DNA of 63,152 nucleotides, the filler included, from Octopus bimaculoides (lineage: Eukaryota): NCBI RefSeq assembly GCF_001194135.2. It is 6 parts of 5 records of this genome, joined end to end, with 100 filler letters (N's around TTAATTAATTAA, not from the genome) between each part and the next. Parts side by side here need not be neighbours in the genome. Positions count along the whole stretch, not along the records: positions 9,283 to 39,412 come from NC_068990.1; 5 more parts are not named here. One strand, given 5' to 3'. Below the pieces are notes generated by a model, which searched no databases, was not told the DNA's origin, and was given only the letters and a program-made list of their open reading frames with translations. This document shows, in pieces, positions 25,565 to 38,443 of this stretch. Numbering within the stretch: the first letter of the stretch is position 1; the number at the start of each line of letters is the position of its first letter. A program made the position numbers and the translations under genes.

Positions 25565-25777
25565 TTGATTTCAAATTTTGGCACAAGCCAGCAACTTCAG
25601 GGGAGGGGTAGGTCAATTAAATTGCTCTTAGTGCTCAACTAGTTCTTATTTTGACCCTGGAAGGATGAAAGGTAAAAATCGACCTTGGTGGAATTTGAAC
25701 TCAGAACATAAAAACAGACGAAATGCCACTAATCGTTTTATCTGGTATGCTAATGGTTCTGCCAGCTTGCTGCCTTA
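25565..25777 (-). mobile_element. SINE family B, full length
   Basis: TTTTGGCACAAG..GAATTTGAACTCAGAAC..TTCTGCCAGCTTGCTGCC. Confidence 0.85.
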
Positions 25778-27208
25778 TTTTGAGACATACATATTGCATG
25801 TCAATTTCAGTATGACAGCTACTATATAGACTTACCCCTCTCTACATTTATGTGATTAGTTATCCCCATTTATGACAATTGTTCTTTAATACCAAGTCTA
25901 AAAGGACAGCAGAAAGGTAACTTGTTAGTGAAAAAAGGAAGCACATATTGTACACAGAATAAAGTAGAATTACTTGAGACAATTTTTAGTGGATTAATAA
26001 AAATCAAACAGGCTCTGCTTTAGAATTAATTTGTATCTGTTAAATACAACATTGTTCTTAACTTTCCATTGTTTATTTTTATATTTTGAGTATTGTCATA
26101 TCTTAAAGTTGCTGTATCTCCGGGAGACAGACACTAGACATAAAAATTGTACTGTAGATGATGATCAGAAGTAGAATGATAAGTATCTTTATTAATCATT
26201 GTTTATATGCATTTAAAATGATAAAAGATCATTTTAATACATAATTACTGTATTCTAGTATGTATGAGGCCTTGGTCCAGAAAACCGGAATATCCAGAAA
26301 TCCAGGTCACTTCCAGTTCCAAGCTTGCCAAATAAATGGTCTTGAACTTGTAGCATGCATTGAATGCCTTTCTACCATATTGTTTACTTTCGTGCATTTA
26401 CATAATCATTGTATAGTAAATGAATTTTTATTGAACAACAGATGGTTTTATATTTTTTCTATCAATTTTAGAACAAAAAGACATTAAGTGAGGACCTACA
26501 GTACATATGCGCACATATTCATAATCCTCCTCCCTCTGCCACTCCTGCTTTCCTGATAACTGTGTTTCCCACCTTACCTACTCACTAACAAAGATATATG
26601 GTTGGTACTTGCTTTTATTTCCTATACTGTTTACCTCTCTTTTCTTTGTCTCCTCTTTAAAGAGACTTTCTTTTCTTTCCCCGTCCTACCCACCATTTTC
26701 CTCTATTGTATAATTCTATTCCAATAATTTTCAAACTCAATTCTCTTCAGTTGATATTTACTGAGTTTTCTTTCTTGTAAGATTTACCACTTCTTTACCA
26801 TCTTTGAATTCTCAAGACTTTCTACCAGCAGTGTAATTGTCAAAAAAAAAAAAGCTTTTTTCTTTTCCTTCCCTTCTATTCTAAATGCCTTAACCTCCAC
26901 ACATCTATCACATTCCACTTGACTCTCTATGCATCTCACTTTAATTTTCTTTCATCAATTACCCTCCATATTATGGACATTCCTACCTTCCAAGACTTTA
27001 CACCAGTTGAGTAACCTCCTTGGACTTTTGTATCATGTGATTTTTAAATATCTTTTCTTCTTGCACAGGACTTGTATTTTTTTTTTTTAATCAGTATTGT
27101 GTATTCTAATTAATTGTTCTCCAATTTCCCTCTTTTCTTTCATCTTTCTTTCTGATCTTGCACCTTTCCTCCCATTCTAACTTCTCTTGTACATTATGTT
27201 TATACACT

Positions 27209-27422
27209 AAGACAGCGAGCTGGCAGAAACGTTAGCATGCTGGGTAAAATGCTTAGTGGTATTTCGTCTGTCTTTATGCTCTACGTTCAAATTCTGTTGA
27301 GCTTGATTTTGCCTTTCATCTTTTCAGGGTCAATAAATTAAGTACCAGTTGCGTACTGGCGTCGATCTAATCGACTGGGCCCCTCCCCAATAATTTCGGG
27401 CCTTGTGCCTAGAGTAGAAAAG
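27209..27422 (+). mobile_element. SINE family B, full length with 16-bp TSD
   Basis: Head GCGAGCTGGCAGAAACGTTAGC, B-box GTTCAAATTC; perfect TSD ATTATGTTTATACACT at 27193-27208 and 27423-27438. Confidence 0.92.
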
Positions 27423-27474
27423 ATTATGTTTATACACTTACACATGCACACACCTTTATCATGTTCCTCTAAAC

Positions 27475-27746
27475 TAGGTGTTCCCAAGAGATATCTTATC
27501 ATTTGTGGACCTCATATATGTACATGTAAATTTTTGAAATAAAATATTTGTTTGTAGATAAGTAAAAACTAACAATGAAGCAATTTCGTCATGTTCCTAA
27601 CATAAATACCGAATACAAATCTTGAAAATTTCAATAAATACAGGTACCTCTCCTAGTAAACAAAATTTATATATGGACCCACAAATTACAATTTTTTATT
27701 CGTGGACCCCCATAAAGCTTCTGTGGACTCCAGTTGGAAACCCCTG
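27475..27746. mobile_element. hAT (Charlie-like) MITE (272 bp)
   Basis: TIRs TAGGTGTTCCCAA / TTGGAAACCCCTG; perfect 8-bp TSD CTCTAAAC at 27467-27474 and 27747-27754. Confidence 0.9.
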
Positions 27747-28756
27747 CTCTAAACCTTCCATGTAGCTCACTAATTTTCTCTCACAAAAAATCTTTTACTA
27801 GTGTTGTAATTATTCTTTCTCCAGCGCGACAGGTCGATCGTGGCTGTCAGGTACAGGTTGACAGGCCACGATCGTAGACCAGATAGATGCATTTAATTTA
27901 TGGGCGTTTGTTGGGGTCTAATGCCACTCAAACACTCCGATACCCACCAGAATGCAAGACGACTAATAGTTCAATTAATGACTTTTCAAATGATGTAAAA
28001 CTTGCCACTATTATATACTAAGATATTTTAACTATTATTTGTTTTTTTACGTATGCATGGTAGTCACATTTTCATAAAATGTGCTCAACAGTCCATGCTA
28101 TGTAAGTGCAAATCCCAGTGCTTTATGGGTTAATCTTCTCTCAATTTTCCTCTCCCCTTAAACTCTCACCTCCCCCCTCATTCATTTCTCTTGTTCACAC
28201 TTTCCTTCCATGTTACACAAGCATATACTTACAACTTTTATCACACTCACACCTGCTTCCACCTCCCCGTTTCCAGTTTCCTTACGCACACACAATGTGA
28301 TCACACACATGCACATTACTACCTTTACAGCTCTACCAAACCACACCACTACACTTCTGCATTTGTACACCTTTACTCACACCTCAAAACATAGCATACA
28401 CATCACTTTCCTTTATGCCTATCTCAAAACATGGATATACTTCTATACAGGCACACACATACCCACCCCTCTACCCTTCTTAACTGTCCAATCCCACAGA
28501 ACCACGTTCCCATCAGGCCCCTCACCCTTCATCCATTATTTCTTTCTTTTTATTTATTTTTTATCTTTTCTCCCCTACCACTTCTTGCTCATTCCTCCAA
28601 CAATTTTCTTCTGATAAAGGCTTAACATCTGAAACATTGAGATGCTTTCCCTTTTTTCTTTTAAGCATTACACTTAACACAGTATTCATTAATACTTGTC
28701 CCACCTGTATTGTCATCCTCTTTCTGTTCATTTCATTTACAATATATGTGTGCATT

Positions 28757-28960
28757 GGTTTTAAATTTTGGCACAAGGCTAATGAGTTTCGGGGGGAGGG
28801 GACAAATCAATTACATCAACCCCGGTACTCAACTGGTACTTATTTTATCAACCTTGAAAGGTTGAAAGGCAAATTTGACCTTGGCAGAATTTGAACTCAG
28901 AACATGAAGATGGACGAAATGCCACTAAGATCAGCATGCTAATGGTTCTGCCAGCTCACC
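28757..28960 (-). mobile_element. SINE family B
   Basis: Reverse-complement match to 27209-27422 over nearly the full length. Confidence 0.85.
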
Positions 28961-30074
28961 ATTGTAACCACAAATTAAATATTGAATAGTGTGTTAGTAT
29001 ATAAGTTTATTCAGATGGTAATAGTTACAGAACTAGTTGCATTTCTTTCAAGTTTCAAAATTATCCTTTATCCATACCACCTTGTGCTTTCAGGATCTCA
29101 AACTACGATTTCACGGGCAGCTTGCTTTTCCCAAATTGCAGTTCAAGATTTGATGGAGAAAAATGGATACAGTTCTTAGAAAATACAAATATTTCAGCCA
29201 AAACTTACCAAATTCAAATATGTCTAAAAATATAAGTATCTAAACGATTGATGTCCCTAATGGAGTTCCATGAAATGGATTCTATGATAATCACAAGATA
29301 CTATGATTTTAAATGAATTTTATACAAACATTTTCTTGAAAAAAAAACAAGAAAAAAAACAGATTTCAGAAAAAAAATAAATAAATAAAAGATACAGGAG
29401 ACTGAATGAGAGATTATAGAAAAAATAAGAAACAGGATATATCATATATGATGACAATTGGCAAAAAAACAAGAGATAAATAGATAACTCAGTAAGCAGA
29501 TTGAGTGGGTGCTTGTGAAGTTAAGGAATGTGCATAAAGAGAATGGAATGTGTGGGTGTATGTGTGGAGAAGGGAATGGTATGGTACTGATGGGCAGCTT
29601 CAGAAAGGACCAGACTGACAATGTAATATGTTACAAAAAAAAGACGGGGCAGAATGGCCAGCAGTTGGCAAGATTGCTTCACAACTGTATGGACCCTCAC
29701 TTGATCCCTGCCATATGGAAACTTATGCATAGAAATATATGTGCTGTGTTATTTTAATTTTATCTTTTAGCAAGGAAGAATGGGAATGTTTACAGCTGAG
29801 TATATAAGACTTCTGAGTCTGCTGGGAGGTAGAGAGGAAGACATTCTCAAATCAGAAGACTGAATACTTGCACCAGATTGAGCTTCACTAAAGTCACTCA
29901 ATGTATCACCTGGTTTCACACAACCATCTGTCAACTTAAGTCTATCATCCAAGTAGGATACTGAATGATTTGAACTCAGAAGTCAAAGAGTCAGAAGAAA
30001 TCCCACAAGGTAGCCAATTAGATGTGTCTACAGTTCTGCCATGCCACAATTTTGGATTTGTGTGTTTTCATTGA

Positions 30075-30190
30075 CCATATAAAGATGAAAATCAAAGTGG
30101 ACCTCAGCAGGATTAGAACCCAGAACACAAAGACTTGAAACAAATAGAGTAAAGCATTTTGTCCAATGCTCTAATGACTGCTACTTCACC
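30075..30190 (-). mobile_element. SINE family B, strongly diverged 5' half
   Basis: ATTGACC..AAAGATGAAAATCAAAGTGGACCTCAGCAGGATTAGAACCCAGAAC. Confidence 0.55.
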
Positions 30191-30850
30191 AATTTATGTA
30201 CATATATATATAATAAATTTCATAATAAATGTATGCATATACATCACAGCTGTGCATATGTGCTGCAAACTCATGTATGAAAATGTGGGTCTCTATTGTA
30301 CTTCTTTGATCTCTCATAATCTCTTGTCTAGCATATTGCTTTATGACTCTACTAAAGTTTAACATAGATGATAGACAAACCTAATGATATCTACGTAATC
30401 ACAATACTTGACTGAGATGTTATCTTGACGGCTGTAATAATATATAGTCCATATTCTTCCATTGACCAACTGCAAAACCTATGTTGTTACTTGTAATTTC
30501 CTATATCTTTTTTTTTACTACAGCTATGAGAAAGTTATTTTAGTCATTGTCTTACTTTTTATATCAGTTTTTTTTCCTTCTTTTCCCTTGGTAGTCTTAT
30601 ATTCATTGTTCAATTTCTTTACTTTTTCTTGTCTATATAAAGGCTGTTTTGACTTTTGTAAATCATATTTCAAAAAAATCTTTGATAATGTCATTTTTGT
30701 GTCCTATATAATTACTTTATAATTTTGTAATTATGGTGCTTATAATATTATGCAAGAATTATTGACATGGCAATAGGAATTGGATACTCGAAATGTAAGA
30801 CATTTCTTCTGTAATTCTTTCATTTCATATTTATAAAACAAACACAAACA

Positions 30851-30886
<36 letters not shown>

Positions 30887-32298
30887 NNNNNNNNNNNNNN
30901 NNNNNNNNNNNNNNNNNNNNNNNNNNNNNNNNNNNNNNNNNNNNNNNNNNNNNNNNNNNNNNNNNNNNNNNNNNNNNNNNNNNNNNAAGGGTCAAATGGA
31001 CCCTGGTTGAGAACTTTAAAATGATAGCTCTCCACAGAGTCCCTAGAGCCCTCTAGGCTCATCTTCAATTCCTGCTTTCAGTGTTCACTTAGAACGTGTG
31101 TAACTAACAGAAAACAACTTCATTGGCATTATTCTTATTTACAATGAAGTAAGTCATCACATTTGGATGTGGCATTATTTAATCATTTTTTTATCGTTTA
31201 TCACTTACTTGTTTAAGTCATTAGACTGTGGCCATGCTGGGACACCACCTTGAAGAGTTTTTAGTCAATCGAATCAACTAGAAAATTATTTAACTCACTA
31301 TGAAAAGCTGAATAACTTATTACAATAGTGGACATGATAAATAAGAACAATAACTAAGAGTAACATAAAGATCAAGTAATACATTCAACAGCAATACACA
31401 CGCACAACACTTGGAGTAGCACCTTGCAGATACTCTGACAGTCATATCACTTGCAAGTGACCTCTCATAATAATGTCTAGACTAAAAGAGATACCAAACT
31501 ATCAATTCTGGGTACAATAATACAATACATCAGTTCTATATTATTTCTGCTGGTGAAGTGTAGCTAGAATTGAAAGTTTCAAATATCACCTAACAAGACT
31601 GCTCATAACAAGAATAGTTTCTGTATGTAGAGTTAATTACTGTAAGCTATGTTAAATTGATTGACATCAAATGCTGTTGCTAGCTTGGCATTATTAAAGC
31701 TGTAGCAGAGAGAATGGAAACAATATTTGAAATGTCTTGCTTGAAGAAACCTGACAGAATTCTTTACTCTAACAAGTGTAGTAACTTATTGTTAATTTAA
31801 GATTGATGGCTATTGTATATAATGTTCACTATCTCTTTTTATGAATTTATTTACAAAATTGTATTGGAGGAAAAACAATTTAGCATAAGACAGCTTGAAA
31901 TAATCATTCTAATTCCTTGTTGATCACATGACAGGAAGAAAACATATCTAGACATAGAAATGTCCTCAAGAATGTAGGTGAAAGAGAATGATAAGAAAAT
32001 ACTAGTAAAACAGAGCCAACTAATTTTATTTGACTGCTCAATGTGCATTTGCTTTTCCATGCTGGCTGGGTTGGATGAAGACTCAGCAAGGCAGTATTTT
32101 ATGGATGGACATGCTTATCATCACCAACTTCTGCCTGTATTTCAAGTAAGGAAGTTTTCATTCCACTGGTTGACATAAATCAAAAACAAAGAGCCATGCA
32201 ATGTTTTGTTTACAGGGGATGTAAGCAAGGCATTGCTGTTTTTCCTACAAAAACTTATGGAATGTAAATACTCTTATACATGCATATAAATACATGTG

Positions 32299-32600
32299 AA
32301 GGCACATGACCTAATGGTTAGGATATTGCACTCACAATCTTTAGATCATGGGTTCAATTCCTGGACTGGACTGTGCATTGTATTCTTGAGCAAAACACTT
32401 CATTTTACATTGTCCCAGTTCATTCAGCTGTAAATGGGTAACCCTGTGATGGAATAGTCTTCCATTCAGGCAAAAATGTTGGCCTGCTTGCCTAGTCAGC
32501 AGGGTGGTGTCATTTGAAAGCTAAAACAATGCAAAGTGCCTTGTAATCAGCAATGTATAACAATATCTGATAGTTTGGTTGATGCCATGATACTGTGATA
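32299..32600 (+). mobile_element. tRNA-headed SINE with family-D-like head and a different body
   Basis: GAAGGCACATGACCTAATGGTTAG, B-box GGGTTCAATTCC, TTCTTGAGCAAAACACTT, then CAGCTGTAAATGGGTAACCCTGTGATGG (reminiscent of V-SINE cores, from recall). Confidence 0.7.
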
Positions 32601-33810
32601 AACAAACTCACACATACACTTGGCAAGGGATGTTTTACACAGTTTCTGTCAATCAGTTTCACTAACAAGGCATTGTCAAATGAAAGCTATGTAGTGGAAT
32701 AGAACTCCAAACTATGTGGCTATGAAACAAAACTCCTTATCAACACAGCTACATCTATGTCTCAATAAAAGATGATAATTACTTAGAGACAAGTTTTATC
32801 AAGCTGAGAGACAGAAGAATACTGCTACATGAAAAATGATAAACAGCAAATAAAACCACCACCACCAACAACAACAAAAGCATGACTATCGGGATAACGT
32901 TTCTTATGAAGAGTGATGTTGTTTTAGCTTGCATTTTGTTTTAGCTAGAACTGCTTTTAAATTCATGCTTTCTGACTAATTAAAGTGGTTTTGTAAAATA
33001 ATATCCTATTAGATATTTCCATTACGTCTGCCGGTGCATCTCGTATAAATGTTTTCTGAGAGAGCAAATTAACTTTGGATGAGTTTAAAGCATGGCCAGC
33101 CTGCTACAAGTGAACACAGGTGTAGGCAGTTAATAAATCTGATGCAATCTATCTAAAGATCCAGCAATCAGCTTTCCTAAGGAACAACTTTGTAACAATG
33201 CATAGTGTGTCATTCACTTCTCAGCATTAAACAATTCTTGAAGAATTATTGCTACACACACACACATATATATATGGCATATCAGGCTATTAACGTTTAC
33301 ACACCACGCTATCTGCACGCCATGACCTAGAATAATTAGGCTACTTCAAGTCTTGCTTTAAATTTAGAGAGAGAACACTAGTTTCTTTATTTGGCATAGG
33401 AACGAATTTGGTATGTTTCTGTGAGTCAGAAAGGTTACTAATTAGTAATGGACAGCTGAACAGGAGTCATAAAATAACCCAGTAGTTGACAAGGAGGGTA
33501 AACATTTATGGGGAAAAAACTGAAAACAAATTCAAACAATTGTTGATACAATACTGACTGTGGGGGTCATAATGAAGACAATCTAGGTAAATATAGACAA
33601 CCATATCATTTCAGTAGTAGAGCTGTTAGAAATAACAACTAAATTTTCCTCAGATTTCATCCTACTTTCTTATAAAAAGGAAGGCAACATGTTGAATAAT
33701 AAGATTGACAAACATGACTGAAATAGCTTTGAGCAAAGCCAGCTTGACCTGGGGTTAAACAACAACAATATGAATTTTTGCAAAACTTTGGAGAATCAAT
33801 ATAAATTATA

Positions 33811-34200
33811 GGTGCATGAGTGGCTGTGTGGTAAGTAGCTTGCTTATCAACCACATGGTTCTGGGTTCATTCCCACTGCGTGGCACCTTGGGCAAGTGTC
33901 TTCTACTATAGCCTCGAGACGACCAAAGCCTTGTGAGTGGATTTGGTAGACGGAAACTGAAAGAAGCCTGTCATATATATGTATGTGTGTGTATATGTTT
34001 GTGTGTCTGTTTGTCCCCCCAACATCGCTTGACAACTGATGGTGGTGTGTTTGCGTCCCCATAACTTAGCGGTTCGGCAAAAGAGACCGATAGAATAAAT
34101 ACTAGGCTTACAAAGAATAAGTCCTGGGGTCGATTTGCTCAACTAAAGGTGCTGCTCCAGCACGGCCGCAGTATAAATGACTGAAACAAGTAAAAGAGTA
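33811..34200 (+). mobile_element. SINE family A, best-preserved full-length copy
   Basis: A-box TGGCTGTGTGGTAAG, B-box GGGTTCATTCCC, central module, (TA)/(TG) spacer and 3' module ending GAAACAAGTAAAAGAGTA. Confidence 0.92.
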
Positions 34201-34220
34201 TATATTTGGGCCCATGATGG

Positions 34221-34301
<81 letters not shown>

Positions 34302-36209
34302 CATTTATTACATAGAATGTAGGCTGAAACTGAACATACAGAGATTTAATATAAAGATGGCACAACCTACGGCTTAGCAGACTGGTGACTATGGTATTTC
34401 ACTAATGGTGAAAAGGCTCCATCTAAAAGTTGATCCCTTTAGTACTAATTAAACTTGTCATGACTTTAAGCAGCCTGATAAGGTGTTATATAAATCTTTG
34501 TATTAACAGGTAAATGTTCATATTCTACAGCATTAAAAAAATATAGCACTAACTTCAGGAAAATCTAATTTTCCCGGCCAAAGCCGAGAAGTTTAAGGCC
34601 AGCTGTTGGGAAACTTCTGTATGTAACTTACTTCGTTCCAATAGCTATGTAAGGTTTTTTTACTCAGAACAAAAACAGGATTTGTAAGGTTTTTTACTCA
34701 GAACAAAAACAACCCTTACAAAATATATTCAGTGTAAGACATTCTTCCATCTAAACTCAGTGAACCACTCAAAGACTTTGTAGTGGTTATATATAGTCAG
34801 TACAAGGTGTTAATGTGGCTGCATGTATGTTATTAGTTCATAAAGAGATGAAGAATAAATGCAAAACCTGTGTATTTACTACATAAAAATATATTTTATT
34901 TACTGGTTGATGATGATTAACAGAATCAAAATGTAGAATTTAGTTGAATGAAGTAATCTATGCAAGAAAGTTCAGAGATAGAAAATGTAGAAATAACAGC
35001 TAAGTGGTGGTTTTCAGTCATGTGGCGTAGAGAAATAGATGGACATATTAATGACGTGAACGGCTCTCTAAGTCTAATCAGCTAAGAAACAAAGAGCAGG
35101 GTTAGCAAGCTGTTTTTATTAATGGAACACTAGAGATTCTAGAAACTTCCAAGAGAAACGTCAAGCTTCTTGAATAATTAAGAATCATGCCTCATGACAC
35201 AGATGCTTCGAGAAACTTAGAAAAGAGAGGTTATGCTATAATCCTTCTTGCAAGGGAGATCATTCAACTATTTAGCTACATAGACCACTACAACTCTCAT
35301 ATTTGTAAACATTTGAATTATTATAATGATTTTGCATTCATTTTTCTATTCTTGCATGGCTTGGATGGGTCTTTGTTAGCACATCTTGCTACTACTTGTA
35401 GTCCTTTATTGTTCCCTTCATGGGGCTCAGCATTTCTTTCCAAGTCTTTCTCTTTTATAAGTCCCTTCCACATGGATCGTTTGGTCCTTCTTTAAGCACC
35501 TGTTTTCCCTTTCTCCACTACCCATCACATATCCATACCAGCACATCATTCCTCCTTACACAAGACACCCCTAATTCCTCTTATACCCAGTTTTTCTCTC
35601 AGCTCATTATTAATGCTCCATTGTTCTTGTACACTAACATTACTCATCCAGGGTAGCATGCTTACCCTTTTTCTTTTTCACCTTTGCACATTATCCATAT
35701 ACAGCAACCATGTTTCACTACTAAGTAGTATTATATTAATACTAAAGCACTGTACAATCTGACCATCGCTCAAGGAGAGAATACCTATGTTGCCAAAAGA
35801 GTTAGTAACTCCATACTATACTTACAGATACACACCTCCAGAGCTAATTATATCAACAAGATAACTTAAGCTGTGAAATACTTCTAGGGACCATGAAATA
35901 TTGAAAGGAATTCATTTAATGAGTGCTCTTACTGCTAACTACTAAAGGCACTAATGTAGTTAGATCATCCATCTCTATTAACTTACTTATGCAATCATAG
36001 TTTTCATTTGGTGTACTGTAGGTAATTTCTATTAATTTTTTTTTTCTGTATAGTAAAAGCAACCACTTCCTAGATGGCAGGAGGGTCCAGATTTCTTACT
36101 CTCTGCCTAAAACTTTTATCTGAGCTGAATTTACTTTTAGACCTCTTGTTTCTAGGTTTCACTTTCATGTTTGGAAATATTCCTTCAGGTCTTCAATAGA
36201 ATAAGCTAA

Positions 36210-36480
36210 AGGAACAAAATAAGTTGCATACAGAAGTTTCCCAACAGCTTGCATTAAACTTCTCAGCTATGGCCAGGAAATTGAATAAGAGAGGGTAGAG
36301 AACCGAACCCTGATGGCAGCCTTTCAGCAAGTTAGTTTCTCACTAAACTCATTAATGTCACTCAATTTATTGATGACATTTCTGCATATATATTGCATTA
36401 CTTTAATAAAATTTTAAGTACAAACTTCTGTAGTTGTCTCACTAGGAAGAGTGTGAGTGACATCTTATCCTGCTACAAAC
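36210..36480 (-). mobile_element. Old RTE RT relic
   Basis: Minus-strand LFLVRQLQK and HQGSVLYPLLF..AIAEKF..WE, matching the better-preserved RTE copies at 56 and 58 kb. Confidence 0.65.
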
Positions 36481-37479
36481 TTACTTAAACTCCATCATAT
36501 GTAAGGTAATACTCTGTATGATCAATTGTCTTATAACTCTTTCTGTTACTTTCAAACCTTGGGTCAATCAATTTAATGTCTCTGTAGCTGTTTCTTTCAA
36601 GAGCATTTCATTTGCCCTGGTAGTAATTGATGATACTGCTACTAAGCTAGTCATTGTGTATGGCACCTGCTTGTACTAGTTGATTGATGTAATATCAAAA
36701 TAAGTACCACAAGTACCAGTTTGTACACATGTCCTTTATCAGTAATGTGTATGTATGCATATGTGTGTGTGTGTGTAAATACAGACATATTCTACCCTTT
36801 AAATTCTATTTATAAGGTATTGGTCAATCTAAAGTTAAAGGGTATATGTGCCCAAAGTATTGTGCAATGAAACTGAATCCAGAATCACACGATCATGAAG
36901 GAAACTTCTTAACCACACTCCCGTGCCTATGCATGTGTGTATAATTATTAATAATCCATATATTATTACATTAGTAGCTACTAAGCTAGGTAGAAAGTAC
37001 TGCAGTATGTCAATGAACTAAGTCTGTGGCCCACTTAAATCCTATTGAGCACTGTTTTACATGTCACTCACTCCTGGGAAATACACACACACTGTGACCT
37101 TGCAAAGCCTTGCCTTATATACATGCATAATTCAATGACTATGTGAAAAATATATCAGTTTGTCAGATATATTATAAGACATTAAGAGAGGAGGATGGGT
37201 TGCAAACCCAATATTCAGTAAAAATTTGCAAAGGATCTCTTTTTTTAATATACCAGCATTCCAAGAAAAGACTATTTAATTTGAGTTTCTGACTTATATA
37301 ATTTGATATTATATAACTGACACTACCTTTTATCTTTTACTTGCTTCAGTCATTAAACTGTGGCCATGCTGGGGCACCACCCTGAAGAATTTTTAGTCAA
37401 ATGGTTGTTAATTATTTAAAATTTATTTAAAAAATACTAATTTTAAGCATAAATAACCTACAAGGAAGTTTATGTAGTC

Positions 37480-37660
37480 GTTTAATTTGCAAGAAACAGC
37501 ACCCAAATCTTCCTCAAATCACACCCTACAGTCCTTTTAACAAGGATACTATGTATAATGTAGTCCTCACATTTTGAAAAGAGAAAACAGATGGATGAAA
37601 ACAGGAACACTGTTGATCCTAGGCCTGTTGGTTCAAGGCTGATCTGGTGTTAAGCAACAA
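37480..37660 (-). mobile_element. Dispersed repeat family G
   Basis: AGAAACAGCACCCAAATCTTCCTCAAATCACACCCTAC; homologous to 13150-13334. Confidence 0.6.
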
Positions 37661-37682
37661 CATAATAATAATAGCCCTGGTG

Positions 37683-37875
37683 CAATACCAGGCATTGGCT
37701 CTCATGGCTTCTTATCTTAACTGATTGGAAGTGTTATCATGTGCATGTTCTGTCTTGGTGTTAAAGATGGGTTACAGCAAATATCCTACACAATACCATG
37801 TATTTGCTTGTCAGCTGATTGACCGCAACCAGTTGAGCATGACCCTTGATGGCTGACAATATGTGCATCTCTGAA
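37683..37875 (+). mobile_element. Dispersed repeat family E
   Basis: Homologous to 7380-7570 (minus strand). Confidence 0.75.
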
Positions 37876-37885
37876 ATAGTTGGGA

Positions 37886-37963
37886 AATTGTCGACCCTGG
37901 CAGAATTTGAATTCAGAATGTAAGGACAGAGGAAATGCCTCTGAGCATTTTGCCCAGCATGCT
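37886..37963 (-). mobile_element. SINE family B head fragment
   Basis: GTCGACCCTGGCAGAATTTGAATTCAGAATGTAAGGACAG..GCATTTTGCCCAGCATGCTAA. Confidence 0.7.
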
Positions 37964-38199
37964 AAATAATAATAATAATTTCATCTATTTGCCACAAGGA
38001 CAAAGGATGAAGGGGACAATACAAGGATAGATATAAAGTATGGGTGTTTACACATAATGAAATATAAAAAAGGAAAAAAAGGGAAGAAAGAAATTAAGTA
38101 CGCATGATGTATACTGAAAAAGAAGGGACATAAGCCTAGCATACAAAGGTAAAAAAAAAATGGTGGGGAGGATGATAGAGACATTGCCCTCCTGATACA

Positions 38200-38440
38200 G
38201 GAAGGCCTCTAGGGATAATCGAGGAACCCCTCTGTTTGAGATTTCCCTGAAACCCCAAGAGCAAGTGCCCTCTCCAATTCCTTCTCTCTGACTCACAGGT
38301 CTATACTTAGAGAGGTACCATCCACCCTTGCCATTTTCGTAAATTTCATCCACCTTTCAATAAACTCACTCATGGACAGTACTTCCCTTTCCATTCTCAA
38401 TTTCCTTTTCAAGTGAAAATTGATGAAGTCAGTGCAGGCA
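38200..38440 (-). mobile_element. L1/Tx1-like LINE 3' end
   Basis: Minus-strand FHLKRKLRMEREVLSMSEFIERWMKFTKMARVDGTSLSIDL* resembles Tx1-clade ORF2 C-termini (recall). Confidence 0.6.
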
Positions 38441-38443
38441 AAA

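Noticed and set aside
33811-33885. tRNA-like heads (also 12838, 27209, 41595, 47870) as tRNA genes
   Set aside because: They have A and B boxes but no complete cloverleaf, and most continue into repeated SINE bodies.
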